Assembly (NCBI RefSeq): GCF_013122565.1
Contig: NZ_CP053258.1
Source of the DNA: Escherichia coli
Lineage (GTDB): Bacteria > Pseudomonadota > Gammaproteobacteria > Enterobacterales > Enterobacteriaceae
Direction: 5' to 3' (one strand)
Length of the DNA stretch: 64,000 nt
This document shows positions 21,982 to 33,603 of the stretch, in pieces; the first letter of the stretch is position 1, and every line of letters starts with the position of its first letter. A model generated the notes under the pieces. It was not told the DNA's origin. It saw only the letters and a program-made list of their open reading frames with translations, and did no database searches. A program made the translations under genes and the position numbers.

Positions 21982-23379
21982 ATGAAAATGGTCTCACGTA
22001 TTACCGCGATCGGCCTGGCTGGCGTCGCGATTTGCTATTTAGGGTTATCTGGTTATGTGTGGTACCACGATAATAAACGTAGTAAACAGGCCGATGTTCA
22101 GGCATCTGCTGTCAGTGAAAATAATAAGGTTTTAGGCTTTCTCCGCGAAAAAGGATGCGACTATTGTCATACGCCTTCGGCAGAATTACCCGCCTATTAT
22201 TATATTCCTGGCGCGAAACAGTTGATGGATTACGACATAAAGCTTGGATATAAATCTTTTAACCTCGAGGCCGTGCGTGCGGCTCTGCTGGCTGATAAAC
22301 CCGTTTCGCAAAGCGATCTGAATAAGATTGAATGGGTGATGCAGTATGAAACTATGCCGCCAACGCGTTATACCGCGCTACACTGGGCGGGTAAGGTGAG
22401 TGATGAAGAGCGCGCGGAAATACTCGCCTGGATTGCAAAACAGCGCGCGGAATATTACGCCAGCAATGATACTGCTCCGGAGCATCGCAATGAACCGGTG
22501 CAGCCCATCCCGCAAAAACTGCCTACCGATGCGCAAAAAGTGGCGTTGGGCTTTGCGCTGTATCACGATCCCCGTTTATCGGCTGATAGCACCATTTCAT
22601 GCGCTCATTGCCATGCGTTGAATGCGGGGGGTGTCGATGGCAGAAAAACATCGATTGGTGTTGGTGGCGCAGTTGGGCCGATTAACGCGCCGACGGTATT
22701 TAACTCAGTATTTAACGTTGAGCAGTTCTGGGATGGTCGTGCGGCAACATTGCAGGATCAGGCTGGTGGACCGCCGTTGAACCCGATTGAAATGGCGTCG
22801 AAATCCTGGGACGAAATTATTGCTAAGCTGGAAAAAGATCCGCAGCTTAAAGCGCAGTTCCTCGAAGTCTATCCGCAAGGTTTCAGTGGCGAAAATATTA
22901 CTGATGCCATTGCTGAATTTGAGAAAACATTAATTACGCCGGATTCCCCATTTGATAAATGGTTACGTGGAGATGAGAATGCGCTGACGGCGCAACAGAA
23001 AAAAGGCTATCAATTATTTAAAGATAATAAATGTGCAACTTGTCATGGTGGAATTATTCTCGGCGGACGTTCCTTCGAACCGTTGGGGCTGAAAAAAGAC
23101 TTTAACTTTGGGGAAATTACGGCGGCGGATATTGGTCGTATGAATGTGACTAAAGAAGAGCGTGATAAATTGCGTCAGAAAGTACCCGGTTTACGTAACG
23201 TTGCTTTAACGGCACCGTACTTCCATCGCGGTGACGTGCCGACGCTGGACGGGGCGGTGAAACTGATGTTGCGCTATCAGGTAGGCAAAGAGCTGCCGCA
23301 GGAGGATGTGGATGATATCGTAGCTTTCCTGCACAGTCTGAACGGGGTGTACACGCCGTATATGCAGGATAAACAATAA
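21982..23379 (+). CDS. ccp: Di-haem cytochrome c peroxidase Ccp (YhjA)
   Basis: 465-aa ORF with N-terminal anchor and multiple CxxCH haem-binding motifs (CDYCH, CAHCH, CATCH). Confidence 0.9.
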   Translation: MKMVSRITAIGLAGVAICYLGLSGYVWYHDNKRSKQADVQASAVSENNKVLGFLREKGCDYCHTPSAELPAYYYIPGAKQLMDYDIKLGYKSFNLEAVRAALLADKPVSQSDLNKIEWVMQYETMPPTRYTALHWAGKVSDEERAEILAWIAKQRAEYYASNDTAPEHRNEPVQPIPQKLPTDAQKVALGFALYHDPRLSADSTISCAHCHALNAGGVDGRKTSIGVGGAVGPINAPTVFNSVFNVEQFWDGRAATLQDQAGGPPLNPIEMASKSWDEIIAKLEKDPQLKAQFLEVYPQGFSGENITDAIAEFEKTLITPDSPFDKWLRGDENALTAQQKKGYQLFKDNKCATCHGGIILGGRSFEPLGLKKDFNFGEITAADIGRMNVTKEERDKLRQKVPGLRNVALTAPYFHRGDVPTLDGAVKLMLRYQVGKELPQEDVDDIVAFLHSLNGVYTPYMQDKQ

Positions 23380-23387
23380 TTAATTTG

Positions 23388-23421
23388 ATCGCCCGAACAG
23401 GAATGTTTGGGCGATTTTTAT
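23388..23421 (+). terminator. Putative intrinsic terminator of ccp
   Basis: Stem atcgcccgaaca / tgtttgggcgat followed by ttttta. Confidence 0.5.
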
Positions 23422-23490
23422 TACGATAATAAAGTCTGTTTTTAATATTATCATGTTAAATGTTTATATTATAAAAAGTCGTTTTTCTGC

Positions 23491-23510
23491 TTAGGATTTT
23501 GTTATTTAAA
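23491..23510 (+). promoter_or_regulatory. GAD box (GadE/GadX-W binding site) upstream of gadA
   Basis: Exact match to the 20-bp motif ttaggattttgttatttaaa, about 80 nt upstream of the gadA start. Confidence 0.65.
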
Positions 23511-23589
23511 TTAAGCCTGTAATGCCTTGCTTCCATTGCGGATAAATCCTACTTTTTTATTGCCTTCAAATAAATTTAAGGAGTTCGAA

Positions 23590-24990
23590 ATGGACCAGAA
23601 GCTGTTAACGGATTTCCGCTCAGAACTACTCGATTCACGTTTTGGCGCAAAGGCCATTTCTACTATCGCGGAGTCAAAACGATTTCCGCTGCACGAAATG
23701 CGCGATGATGTCGCATTCCAGATTATCAATGATGAATTATATCTTGATGGCAACGCTCGTCAGAACCTGGCCACTTTCTGCCAGACCTGGGACGACGAAA
23801 ACGTCCATAAATTGATGGATTTGTCGATCAATAAAAACTGGATCGACAAAGAAGAATATCCGCAATCTGCAGCCATCGACCTGCGTTGCGTAAACATGGT
23901 TGCCGATCTGTGGCATGCGCCTGCGCCGAAAAATGGTCAGGCCGTTGGCACCAACACCATTGGTTCTTCCGAGGCCTGTATGCTTGGCGGGATGGCGATG
24001 AAATGGCGTTGGCGCAAGCGTATGGAAGCTGCAGGCAAACCAACGGATAAACCAAACCTGGTGTGCGGTCCGGTGCAAATCTGCTGGCATAAATTCGCCC
24101 GCTACTGGGATGTGGAGCTGCGTGAGATCCCTATGCGCCCCGGTCAGTTGTTTATGGACCCGAAACGCATGATTGAAGCCTGCGACGAAAACACCATCGG
24201 CGTGGTGCCGACTTTCGGCGTGACCTACACCGGTAACTATGAGTTCCCGCAACCGCTGCACGATGCGCTGGATAAATTCCAGGCCGACACCGGTATCGAC
24301 ATCGACATGCACATCGACGCCGCCAGCGGTGGCTTTCTGGCACCGTTCGTCGCCCCGGATATCGTCTGGGACTTCCGCCTGCCGCGTGTGAAATCGATCA
24401 GTGCTTCAGGCCACAAATTCGGTCTGGCTCCGCTGGGCTGCGGCTGGGTTATCTGGCGTGACGAAGAAGCGCTGCCGCAGGAACTGGTGTTCAACGTTGA
24501 CTACCTCGGTGGTCAGATTGGTACTTTCGCCATCAACTTCTCCCGCCCGGCGGGTCAGGTAATTGCACAGTACTATGAATTCCTGCGCCTCGGTCGTGAA
24601 GGCTATACCAAAGTACAGAACGCCTCTTACCAGGTTGCCGCTTATCTGGCGGATGAAATCGCCAAACTGGGGCCGTATGAGTTCATCTGTACTGGTCGCC
24701 CGGACGAAGGCATTCCGGCGGTTTGCTTCAAACTGAAAGATGGTGAAGATCCGGGATACACCCTGTACGACCTCTCTGAACGTCTGCGTCTGCGTGGCTG
24801 GCAGGTTCCGGCCTTCACTCTCGGCGGTGAAGCCACCGACATCGTGGTGATGCGCATTATGTGTCGTCGCGGCTTCGAAATGGACTTTGCTGAACTGTTG
24901 CTGGAAGACTACAAAGCCTCCCTGAAATATCTCAGCGATCACCCGAAACTGCAGGGTATTGCCCAGCAGAACAGCTTTAAACACACCTGA
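23590..24990 (+). CDS. gadA: Glutamate decarboxylase alpha
   Basis: 466 aa from [20 protein letters not shown]; PLP-dependent decarboxylase; called gadA rather than gadB because gadX follows it. Confidence 0.9.
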   Translation: MDQKLLTDFRSELLDSRFGAKAISTIAESKRFPLHEMRDDVAFQIINDELYLDGNARQNLATFCQTWDDENVHKLMDLSINKNWIDKEEYPQSAAIDLRCVNMVADLWHAPAPKNGQAVGTNTIGSSEACMLGGMAMKWRWRKRMEAAGKPTDKPNLVCGPVQICWHKFARYWDVELREIPMRPGQLFMDPKRMIEACDENTIGVVPTFGVTYTGNYEFPQPLHDALDKFQADTGIDIDMHIDAASGGFLAPFVAPDIVWDFRLPRVKSISASGHKFGLAPLGCGWVIWRDEEALPQELVFNVDYLGGQIGTFAINFSRPAGQVIAQYYEFLRLGREGYTKVQNASYQVAAYLADEIAKLGPYEFICTGRPDEGIPAVCFKLKDGEDPGYTLYDLSERLRLRGWQVPAFTLGGEATDIVVMRIMCRRGFEMDFAELLLEDYKASLKYLSDHPKLQGIAQQNSFKHT

Positions 24991-25009
24991 TAACATAACG
25001 TTGTAAAAA

Positions 25010-25054
25010 CCGAATGCCCAGCCTTTAAAAAAACAGCTGGGCATTCGGTTGCTT
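25010..25054 (+). terminator. Putative intrinsic terminator of gadA
   Basis: 13-bp stem ccgaatgcccagc / gctgggcattcgg after the gadA stop. Confidence 0.55.
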
Positions 25055-25359
25055 ATTAATCGCAATAATATATTGGCTGTCTATTCATCGTGTTAATAAG
25101 ATATATGCTATATGAATGTTTATTAAATGTAGCGATTATATGTAATGTCACGAAAAGGGATTATTTGCTTACTATTAATTTCCCTACGTTCTTAAACATG
25201 TTTTTTGTATTATAAATCCAGTCATCCTGCCCGTAGAACATCACACATTATCATCCTGTTCTCCCGCTTCGTTTAAATTTTTTATCAATCAATTTGACTT
25301 AAGAGGGCGGCGTGCTACATTAATAAACAGTAATATGTTTATGTAATATTAAGTCAACT

Positions 25360-26184
25360 ATGCAATCACTACATGGGAATTGTCTAATTGCGTACGCTAG
25401 ACATAAATATATTCTCACCATGGTTAATGGTGAATATCGCTATTTTAATGGCGGTGACCTGGTTTTTGCGGATGCAAGCCAAATTCGAGTAGATAAGTGT
25501 GTTGAAAATTTTGTATTAGTATCAAGGGATACACTTTCATTATTTCTCCCGATGCTCAAGGAGGAGGCATTAAATCTTCATGCACATAAAAAAGTTCTTT
25601 CATTACTCATTCATCACTGTAGCAGAGATATTCCTTTTTTTCAGGAAGTTGCGCAACTATCGCAGAATAAGAATCTTCGCTATGCAGAAATGTTACGTAA
25701 AAGAGCATTAATCTTTGCGTTGTTATCTGTTTTTCTTGAGGATGAGCACTTTATACCGCTGCTTCTGAACGTTTTACAACCGAACATGCGAACACGAGTT
25801 TGTACGGTTATCAATAATAATATCGCTCATGAGTGGACACTAGCTCGAATCGCCAGCGAGCTATTGATGAGTCCAAGCCTGTTAAAGAAAAAATTGCGCG
25901 AAGAAGAGACATCATATTCACAGTTGCTTACTGAGTGTAGAATGCAACGTGCTTTGCAACTTATTGTTATACATGGATTTTCAATTAAGCGAGTCGCAGT
26001 GTCCTGTGGATATCACAGCGTGTCGTATTTCATTTACGTCTTTCGAAATTATTATGGGATGACGCCCACAGAGTATCAGGAGCGATCGGCGCAGGGATTG
26101 TCGAACTGTGACTCGGCGGCAAGTATGGTTGCGCAAGGAAATTTTTACGGTATTGACTGTTCTGCGGAAGAAATAAGATTATAG
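25360..26184 (+). CDS. gadX: AraC-family acid-resistance regulator GadX
   Basis: 274-aa ORF with C-terminal AraC-type HTH. Confidence 0.9.
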   Translation: MQSLHGNCLIAYARHKYILTMVNGEYRYFNGGDLVFADASQIRVDKCVENFVLVSRDTLSLFLPMLKEEALNLHAHKKVLSLLIHHCSRDIPFFQEVAQLSQNKNLRYAEMLRKRALIFALLSVFLEDEHFIPLLLNVLQPNMRTRVCTVINNNIAHEWTLARIASELLMSPSLLKKKLREEETSYSQLLTECRMQRALQLIVIHGFSIKRVAVSCGYHSVSYFIYVFRNYYGMTPTEYQERSAQGLSNCDSAASMVAQGNFYGIDCSAEEIRL

Positions 26185-26200
26185 AGTTTTACTCAGGCAT

Positions 26201-26306
26201 AAAAAAAACCCGGCATAGGGGACCGGGAAGAGGATAGTCTGCCGTCTCCAGACTAATAAACCGTTATAACACTCCCTGTTGGCACGGGAAACTTTGTGCT
26301 CTCAGT
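26201..26306 (-). ncRNA. gadY: Small regulatory RNA GadY (antisense to the gadX 3' end)
   Basis: Minus-strand sequence ACTGAGAGCACAAAGTTTCCCGTGCCAACAGGG...CCCCTATGCCGGGTTTTTTTT matches GadY as I recall it, ending in a GC hairpin plus U8; lies in the gadX-gadW intergenic region. Confidence 0.7.
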
Positions 26307-26552
26307 AAGTTAAATATAACTTTTACTGGAAATAAGATCAGCCATTTTTTTATAAACATAAGCTATACGCTGTGTGAAAATATATTCTTATTGCATTTAC
26401 TAATTTTTAATCAACTGTTATGCAAAACTACTTTTTGGATAAATTTTGGTCCTACCAAATATGGCAGTTTTTGCACTAAGAAACAGTCTGGCATCATTTC
26501 ATTAGTATACTGAAATTGAAATAATCGCAGTAATGAAATATAAGGGATAATC

Positions 26553-27281
26553 ATGACTCATGTCTGCTCGGTGATCCTCGTTCGTCGTTCATTCGATATT
26601 TATCATGAACAGCAAAAAATATCGCTGCATAACGAGAGTATCCTGCTGCTGGAGAAAAATTTGGCAGACGATTTTGCGTTTTGTTCACCGGATACGCGAC
26701 GACTGGATATCGATGAGCTGACAGTTTGCCATTACTTACAAAATATTCGTCAGCTACCACGCAATTTAGGGTTACATAGCAAAGACCGTTTGTTAATTAA
26801 CCAGTCACCCCCCATGCCACTGGTGACGGCGATTTTTGATAGCTTCAATGAATCCGGGGTAAATTCACCGATACTGAGCAATATGCTCTACCTTTCCTGT
26901 TTATCGATGTTTTCTCATAAGAAAGAACTTATCCCCTTACTTTTCAATAGCATCAGCACTGTTTCAGGAAAAGTTGAACGCCTTATTAGCTTTGATATCG
27001 CTAAACGTTGGTATCTGCGCGATATCGCGGAAAGAATGTATACCAGCGAGAGTCTCATCAAAAAAAAGTTGCAGGATGAAAACACCTGTTTCAGTAAAAT
27101 ATTACTCGCCTCCAGGATGTCGATGGCCAGACGATTACTCGAGTTACGTCAAATTCCTCTGCATACTATTGCGGAAAAATGTGGCTATAGCAGTACATCG
27201 TACTTTATAAACACATTTCGACAATATTATGGTGTAACGCCACATCAGTTTGCGCAACATTCGCCAGGTACCTTTTCCTGA
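26553..27281 (+). CDS. gadW: AraC-family acid-resistance regulator GadW
   Basis: 242-aa ORF, paralogous to GadX, C-terminal AraC HTH. Confidence 0.9.
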   Translation: MTHVCSVILVRRSFDIYHEQQKISLHNESILLLEKNLADDFAFCSPDTRRLDIDELTVCHYLQNIRQLPRNLGLHSKDRLLINQSPPMPLVTAIFDSFNESGVNSPILSNMLYLSCLSMFSHKKELIPLLFNSISTVSGKVERLISFDIAKRWYLRDIAERMYTSESLIKKKLQDENTCFSKILLASRMSMARRLLELRQIPLHTIAEKCGYSSTSYFINTFRQYYGVTPHQFAQHSPGTFS

Positions 27282-27643
27282 CATATTTCGCATTTGAATA
27301 TTGGTCAGGATCTCACACCTGCTTCATGTGAAACTCTTCCCTGATGATTTCTGCCGGGCTACCGGCTAGTTCTCTTTCGCAGTTTGCCAGGCGGTATAGG
27401 TATTTTCAGGAGGAAAAGACTCGGCATGTTTGGGATTATTAAGCTGACAATTCATACGATTACGGGAATGTGGGTCAGTATTGTGTTGTTCAAATTGATG
27501 ACGAATGGCTGGAGTGGTTTCTACTTTCAGTGCTGTGTACTAAGCCTGGTATTCCTGACGGTTAGCTGGTTGTTGAGTGGTGAATGGTTAGCAGGAAAGA
27601 GTAAGGCTGAACCCTCACGTTCAACCTTACTCTCATTTACACG

Positions 27644-30600
27644 TTACGCTTTTTTAAAGCGGACAAAGAGATGTTCCACTACAACAAAAAAGACCGGAAC
27701 GAAGTAAATTGCCAGCACTGTTGCGGCAAACATCCCGCCCATCACGCCGGTACCTACCGCGTTTTGCGCGCCAGAACCGGCACCATGACTGATAACCAGC
27801 GGCAGCACGCCGAGAATAAAGGCCAGAGAGGTCATCAGGATTGGGCGTAAACGCATCCGTGCCGCTTCGATGATTGCCTCTATCGGCGTTTTCCCTTCTT
27901 TCTGCATCATCTCAACGGCAAATTCGACAATCAGGATGGCGTTCTTGGCGGAAAGCCCGATGGTGGTCAGCAAACCAACCTGGAAGTAGACGTCATTACT
28001 TAAGCCGCGCAGATCGGTGGCCAGTAATGCGCCAACGACGCCTAACGGAACAACCAACATCACCGAGAACGGAATTGACCAGCTCTCATAGAGTGCGGCG
28101 AGGGCGAGGAACACCACGACCAGTGAAATGGCATACAGTGCAGGAGCCTGGTTTGAGGATAACGCTTCCTGATACGACAGCCCGGTCCATGAGTAGCCGA
28201 CGCCTGCCGGAAGTTTAGCGACCAGGTCTGCCATAAATTTCATAGCGTCGCCGGTACTTTTCCCGGCCGCCGCTTCACCTAAAATCTCCATTGACGGGAT
28301 GCCGTTGTAGCGTTCCAGTCGCGGTGAACCATAGGTCCATTCGGTAGACGAGTAGGCAGAAAGCGGTGCCATCGTGCCAGAGGCGTTGCGTACATACCAT
28401 TGGTTGATGTTATCCGGCAACATACGGAATGGCGTGCCTGCCTGGACATACACTTTTTTCACCCGCCCCTGGTTGAGGAAGTCGTTCACGTAGCTGCTGC
28501 CGAAGGCGGTGGAAATTGTCTGGTTGATATCAGACAGCGCCACGCCCATCGCTTCAGCTTTCGCAGCGTTGACGTTGACTTTGAACATCGGCGTATCTTC
28601 CAGGCCGTTCGGGCGTACCCCGGTGACCTGATTCGGTGATTGCGCTGCCAGTGATAACAGCTCGTTTCGCGCCTGGGTTAGTTTTTCGTGCCCCAGGTTA
28701 CCGTTGTCCAGCAGTTCCATATCAAAACCTGACGCGGTACCCAGTTCAGCCACCGCGGGTAAGTTGAATGGGAAGACGACGGCTTTATTGATACTGCTTA
28801 ACGCAATCATTGCCCGCTGAATGATCGCGGTAACCGAGTTTTCCTCACCGACACGTTCAGACCACGGCTTGAGACTGATAAACGCCAGGCCGTTGTTTTG
28901 CCCCTGGCCGCTGAAGCCAAAGCCGCCAACGGTAAATACCGACTGGACATTATCTTTCTCTTTAGTCAGATAATAATCCGTCACCTGTTGCAGCACTTTC
29001 GTGGTGTTAACCATGGTGGCACCGGAAGGTAACTGCGCGGTGGTCATAAATACCCCCTGATCCTCTTCTGGTAAGAAAGAGGTCGGCGTGCGCAGGAACA
29101 GCACCGCCATCCCGGCGCAAATCAGGAGGTAGACCACCATGTAGCGACCGGTACAACGCAACAGCGAGCGGGTGCTATCGGTATAGTGCTGAGTTGATTT
29201 TTCAAACAGCGTGTTGAAGCGTGCGAACAGGGCGTTAGGTTTATGACCGCCTTCCGGCGCGGCTTTCAGAATGGTGGCGCACAGGGCAGGGGTCAGGCTC
29301 ATTGCCACAAATACTGAAAGCAGCATGGAGGAGATCAGCGTGATGGAGAACTGGCGGTAGATCTCCCCGGTTGCACCGCTCATAAAGGCCATCGGCATAA
29401 ACACTGCGGAAAGAACAACGGCAATCCCGACCAGCGCACGTTGGATCTGCCCCATCGATTTATGCGTCGCTTCCTTCGGCGGTAGCTTATCTTCCGCAAT
29501 GACACGCTCGACGTTCTCCACCACCACGATGGCGTCATCCACCAGTAACCCTATCGCCAGCACCATCCCGAACATAGTCAACGTGTTGATGGTGAAACCG
29601 ACCGCCGACAAGATCGCAAACGTCCCGAGAATAACCACCGGTACGGCAATCGTCGGGATGATTGTGGCACGGAAATTCTGCAAAAACAGATACATGACCA
29701 GGAAGACGAGGATGATAGCCTCAACCAGTGTTTTGAAAACTTCCTGAATAGAAATTTCGATAAACGGCGTGGTGTCGTAAGGATAAACCGTCTTCAGACT
29801 TGCCGGGAAATAGGCTGATAAGCGGTTCAGTTCCTCTTTGACTGCCCGCGAGGTATCCAGGGCGTTTGCTCCGGCAGCCAGTTTGATGGCGATCCCGGCA
29901 GCAGGTTTGCCGTTATAGCGCGCCACGGTGGAATAATCTTCCGCCCCAAGTTCGACGCGGGCGACATCACGCAGCAGCACTTGCGAACCATCTTGCTGAA
30001 CTTTCAACAGGATTTTGCCAAATTCTTCCGGCGTTTGCAGACGCGTCTGCACAATGATCGAGGCGTTTAGTTGCTGGTCTGCTGCCTGTGGCATGCCACC
30101 CAGTTGACCACCAGAAATCTGGTTGTTCTGCACCTTAATCTGGGAAATAACATCGGAAGGTACCAGGTTATATTTATTGAGTTTTTGCGGATCCAGCCAG
30201 ATCCGCATGGCGTACTCGGAACCAAAGAGCTGTACGCTACCAACGCCCGCGGTACGGCTTAGTGGGTCTTTGATATTAGACGCTACATAGTCCGCGATAT
30301 CGTACTGGTTGAGGCTGCCGTTATCAGAAATAAACGCCGCTACCATTAGGATATTACTGCTCGATTTATCGACGCTAATCCCCTGCTGCTGCACTGCTTC
30401 AGGTAATGAAGGCATAGCGAGTTGCAGTTTATTTTGCACCTGAACCTGTGCGATATCAGGAGATGTCCCAGTCTCGAAGGTCAGAGTGATAGAGGCATTA
30501 CCCGCCGCATCACTGGTTGAAGACATGTACATCAGGCCATCAAGCCCATTCATATTTTGCTCAATCACCTGAGTGACCGAGTCTTCTACCGTTTGCGCAT

Positions 30601-30757
30601 CGGCACCCGGATAGGTAGCGCTGACGGTAATGGTCGGTGGCGCAATCTGCGGATACTGCGCAACCGGTAAGTTCATGATCGCCAGACCACCTGCAAGCAT
30701 CATAATAATGGCAAGTACCCAGGCAAAAACCGGGCGATCAATAAAATAGTTAGCCAT
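27644..30757 (-). CDS. mdtF: RND multidrug efflux pump permease MdtF
   Basis: 1037-aa AcrB-like RND transporter. Confidence 0.95.
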   Translation of the reverse strand: MANYFIDRPVFAWVLAIIMMLAGGLAIMNLPVAQYPQIAPPTITVSATYPGADAQTVEDSVTQVIEQNMNGLDGLMYMSSTSDAAGNASITLTFETGTSPDIAQVQVQNKLQLAMPSLPEAVQQQGISVDKSSSNILMVAAFISDNGSLNQYDIADYVASNIKDPLSRTAGVGSVQLFGSEYAMRIWLDPQKLNKYNLVPSDVISQIKVQNNQISGGQLGGMPQAADQQLNASIIVQTRLQTPEEFGKILLKVQQDGSQVLLRDVARVELGAEDYSTVARYNGKPAAGIAIKLAAGANALDTSRAVKEELNRLSAYFPASLKTVYPYDTTPFIEISIQEVFKTLVEAIILVFLVMYLFLQNFRATIIPTIAVPVVILGTFAILSAVGFTINTLTMFGMVLAIGLLVDDAIVVVENVERVIAEDKLPPKEATHKSMGQIQRALVGIAVVLSAVFMPMAFMSGATGEIYRQFSITLISSMLLSVFVAMSLTPALCATILKAAPEGGHKPNALFARFNTLFEKSTQHYTDSTRSLLRCTGRYMVVYLLICAGMAVLFLRTPTSFLPEEDQGVFMTTAQLPSGATMVNTTKVLQQVTDYYLTKEKDNVQSVFTVGGFGFSGQGQNNGLAFISLKPWSERVGEENSVTAIIQRAMIALSSINKAVVFPFNLPAVAELGTASGFDMELLDNGNLGHEKLTQARNELLSLAAQSPNQVTGVRPNGLEDTPMFKVNVNAAKAEAMGVALSDINQTISTAFGSSYVNDFLNQGRVKKVYVQAGTPFRMLPDNINQWYVRNASGTMAPLSAYSSTEWTYGSPRLERYNGIPSMEILGEAAAGKSTGDAMKFMADLVAKLPAGVGYSWTGLSYQEALSSNQAPALYAISLVVVFLALAALYESWSIPFSVMLVVPLGVVGALLATDLRGLSNDVYFQVGLLTTIGLSAKNAILIVEFAVEMMQKEGKTPIEAIIEAARMRLRPILMTSLAFILGVLPLVISHGAGSGAQNAVGTGVMGGMFAATVLAIYFVPVFFVVVEHLFVRFKKA

Positions 30758-30781
30758 GAAAGTCCCCTTAAGCCTGCAACG

Positions 30782-31939
30782 TTATTGTTTCGATTCGGTG
30801 CTGGCGTTTTCCTGGCCGGAGGAAATTGCTCGTGCTTTGATACCCGGACGAATGCGTTGCAAACCGGAAACGATCACCCGATCGCCAGCCTGCAAGCCAG
30901 AGGTGACGACCCACTGGTCGCCGATGGCTTTGCTGGCTTCAATTTCGCGTAGCTGCACGACATCGTCTTTATCCAGAATGAGCGCCGTTGCTTTACCCTG
31001 GGCGTTGTGGGTGACGCCTTCCTGCGGCACCAGTAATACATTCTGGCGGCTACCTTCATCCACTAATGCCGTGACATACATGCCAGGCAGCAAGTCACCA
31101 TTTGGGTTGGGGAAAATCGCCCGTAACGTCACGGAGCCCGTGGTTTCATCCACCGTCGGGTCGGAGAATTTCAACGTGCCGGTCTGGCTGTAACGTTTAC
31201 CATTTTCCAGATTGAGCTGTACTGGCGTACTGCCCTGAATCTGTTTGATTTGCCCATTGGCGACCTCTTCTTTCATACGCAAGAAATCCTGCACCGACTG
31301 CGTGAGATCGACATAAATCGGGTCCAGACGTTGTATGGTAACCAGCGAATCTGCCTGATTAGCGGTAACGAGTGCGCCAACGGTCACCGACGATTTCCCG
31401 CTGACGCCCGTAATCGGCGAGGTGACATTCGCGTATTGCAGATTGATCGTCGCCTGTTCAACAGCCGCTTTGGCGACGGTGACATTGGCTTCTGCTTCAT
31501 TCAGCTGGGTGCGCGCGGTGTCGTAATCCTGACGGCTAACGTAGTTGGTCTTCAGCAACGATGCCTGGCGGTTAAAGGTGATGCGGGCATTGCTGGCGGT
31601 AGAGAGCGCTTTCGCCAGCGAGCCTTTGGCGGAGTTTAGCTCGGCCTGTAAAGGTGCAGGGTCAATCTGGTACAGCGAATCGCCCTGGTTCACTTTATCG
31701 CCTTCGATAAAGTTGCGTTTAATGATAATACCACCCACCTGGGGACGTATCTCGGCAACTTCATAAGGAACGGTTCTACCGGGCAATTCGCTCAACACAT
31801 TGACCGAACCGGGGGAGAGTGTGACGACACCGACCTCAGGCGTCATGGCGGCGGCGTTTTCCGCCGATTTGTCATCGCAGGCGGTGAGCATCGCGCCGCA
31901 GAATAACAACGGTATTAACAGCTTTCTTCTTCTGTTCAT
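30782..31939 (-). CDS. mdtE: RND efflux membrane fusion (periplasmic adaptor) protein MdtE
   Basis: 385-aa ORF with lipoprotein signal (LLFCGAMLTAC); AcrA-like; 24 nt upstream of mdtF. Confidence 0.95.
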   Translation of the reverse strand: MNRRRKLLIPLLFCGAMLTACDDKSAENAAAMTPEVGVVTLSPGSVNVLSELPGRTVPYEVAEIRPQVGGIIIKRNFIEGDKVNQGDSLYQIDPAPLQAELNSAKGSLAKALSTASNARITFNRQASLLKTNYVSRQDYDTARTQLNEAEANVTVAKAAVEQATINLQYANVTSPITGVSGKSSVTVGALVTANQADSLVTIQRLDPIYVDLTQSVQDFLRMKEEVANGQIKQIQGSTPVQLNLENGKRYSQTGTLKFSDPTVDETTGSVTLRAIFPNPNGDLLPGMYVTALVDEGSRQNVLLVPQEGVTHNAQGKATALILDKDDVVQLREIEASKAIGDQWVVTSGLQAGDRVIVSGLQRIRPGIKARAISSGQENASTESKQ

Positions 31940-32277
31940 TTTAGTCCCTGAAAATTCTTGAGAAATAACGGTTCTTTAAATTGCGCGCGAGGAGAGATAT
32001 GAGGGATTTACAGACCAGCGGCATAGTGGGGTTGTCAGCCAGTAAGGTGGGATACAGGCACAGTGATCGACATGGTGAGGTCAACGACAAAAAAAATGTT
32101 GCCGTTCTGCCAACAGTTCCTGCCAGCATTCGGGCAACGAAGGGTTCTACTGGTGGATACACATACCAGGGGAATAAAGTCGTTTTAGCCTCTCCTTTAG
32201 TAATCACCGGGGGTAATGAAATCAGCATCTGCATCCCTCGTCATGCCAGCCATCAATTTCAGTTGCTTATGTCCTGA

Positions 32278-32805
32278 CTAAAAATAAGATGTGATACCCA
32301 GGGTGACGATGTCGCTCATACGTCTTAGTTTCAGCTTGTACATAATGTTGAATTTCTGAATCTTTAATGTTTGTTGCGAAATATTGAGCGTCGACGTGAT
32401 ATTGCTTTCATTTTTATTTTTCAGAATCAGTTGCATAATTTTGAACTGATTATGTGAAAAACATAATTCTGAATTCTTATGGGGCAAGTGTTTACCATAA
32501 GTAATCTCAAGAAGATTTTTGATACTTTCTTTGCGGCTGACAAAATAAATAGGCGCTTTAGCTTTTAGTTTACTGATGTGATAAGGTGCCAAAACAATAA
32601 TTCTCTCGGCATCTAATTTCTCCAGAAATTTAATCGCTTCTTCATCAAGGATATGATTGTGATAGGTATCAATGATAACCTTGAAGGGTTTATTGCCTAC
32701 TTTTTTGATCTCTGACAGGGAATTGATTTTTATCATTTCGTGATTATCTTTCAACTGCCAAAAGCCCTGTAAAAGAAAAGAATCTTTCGTCATGAGAAAA
32801 ATCAT
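32278..32805 (-). CDS. gadE: LuxR-family acid-resistance master regulator GadE
   Basis: 175 aa from MIFLMTKDSFLLQGFWQL; track ORF has a 26-codon N-terminal extension. Confidence 0.9.
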   Translation of the reverse strand: MIFLMTKDSFLLQGFWQLKDNHEMIKINSLSEIKKVGNKPFKVIIDTYHNHILDEEAIKFLEKLDAERIIVLAPYHISKLKAKAPIYFVSRKESIKNLLEITYGKHLPHKNSELCFSHNQFKIMQLILKNKNESNITSTLNISQQTLKIQKFNIMYKLKLRRMSDIVTLGITSYF

Positions 32806-33603
32806 AACTTGCTCCTTAGCCGTTATCGTTTCGAACATGTCATCCTTTTCATTATTTACATCCTTGTCCGAATCGTTGTTCAATATAGTAAACGCCTATA
32901 AGAACTTTGCCCTTCGTGAACTAATACGTCTATTAACACTAATCAATACTTCAGATTTATCCATCACGCACTCCATATATTGATCCTAAGTAAAATTCCT
33001 GGTTGTTATCAATTTGTAAACAGTGAACAAAAAGTTAACGTTTGCGGATTACTGCCCAAGAATAAGTTATCAATAACCAGTTTGTGATCTCTGAAGAATA
33101 TTACTAAAGTTAAAATGTAATCCGATTTAAATATCGAGTCTCCTTGTTTCGACTTAAGCTGGCAATTGGATTGCCAGCTTTCTTTTAACGCATTGAAATT
33201 ACCTGAGTAAATAACGCATTCATGTCTTCAGGTTTTTATATAGCGTCTGGAGACACGGATATTTATGCAATGTAATCAACGCCAGTTGCAATAAAATGAA
33301 CCCGGATTACTTATTTAACCGCCCATATCATCAACGCTTACGGAACTCTTTGTTCACTTTCCCACAGCACTTTTAAAACATTAAACCTGACTACGGAAAA
33401 TATCAGCCATGATAATGTTTGAAATGGCTAATTTGCCATGGAATGAAAAAATTTAGATTAAATTCAGTAGGTTGAAATAATCACCAGCAGGTGATTATTT
33501 CAATGATAGTGCGAAAATGATCTGCAACGCTGTGAAGCGGAGAGAGTATTAATTAGATCATAGTCACATCAAGTGACTATGATCCAGATGACAACCGGGA
33601 TAA

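Noticed and set aside
23737-25065. Minus-strand ORFs of 191 aa and 219 aa overlapping gadA
   Set aside because: Antisense to gadA, whose frame is clearly the real one; the 219-aa ORF runs through the gadA terminator.
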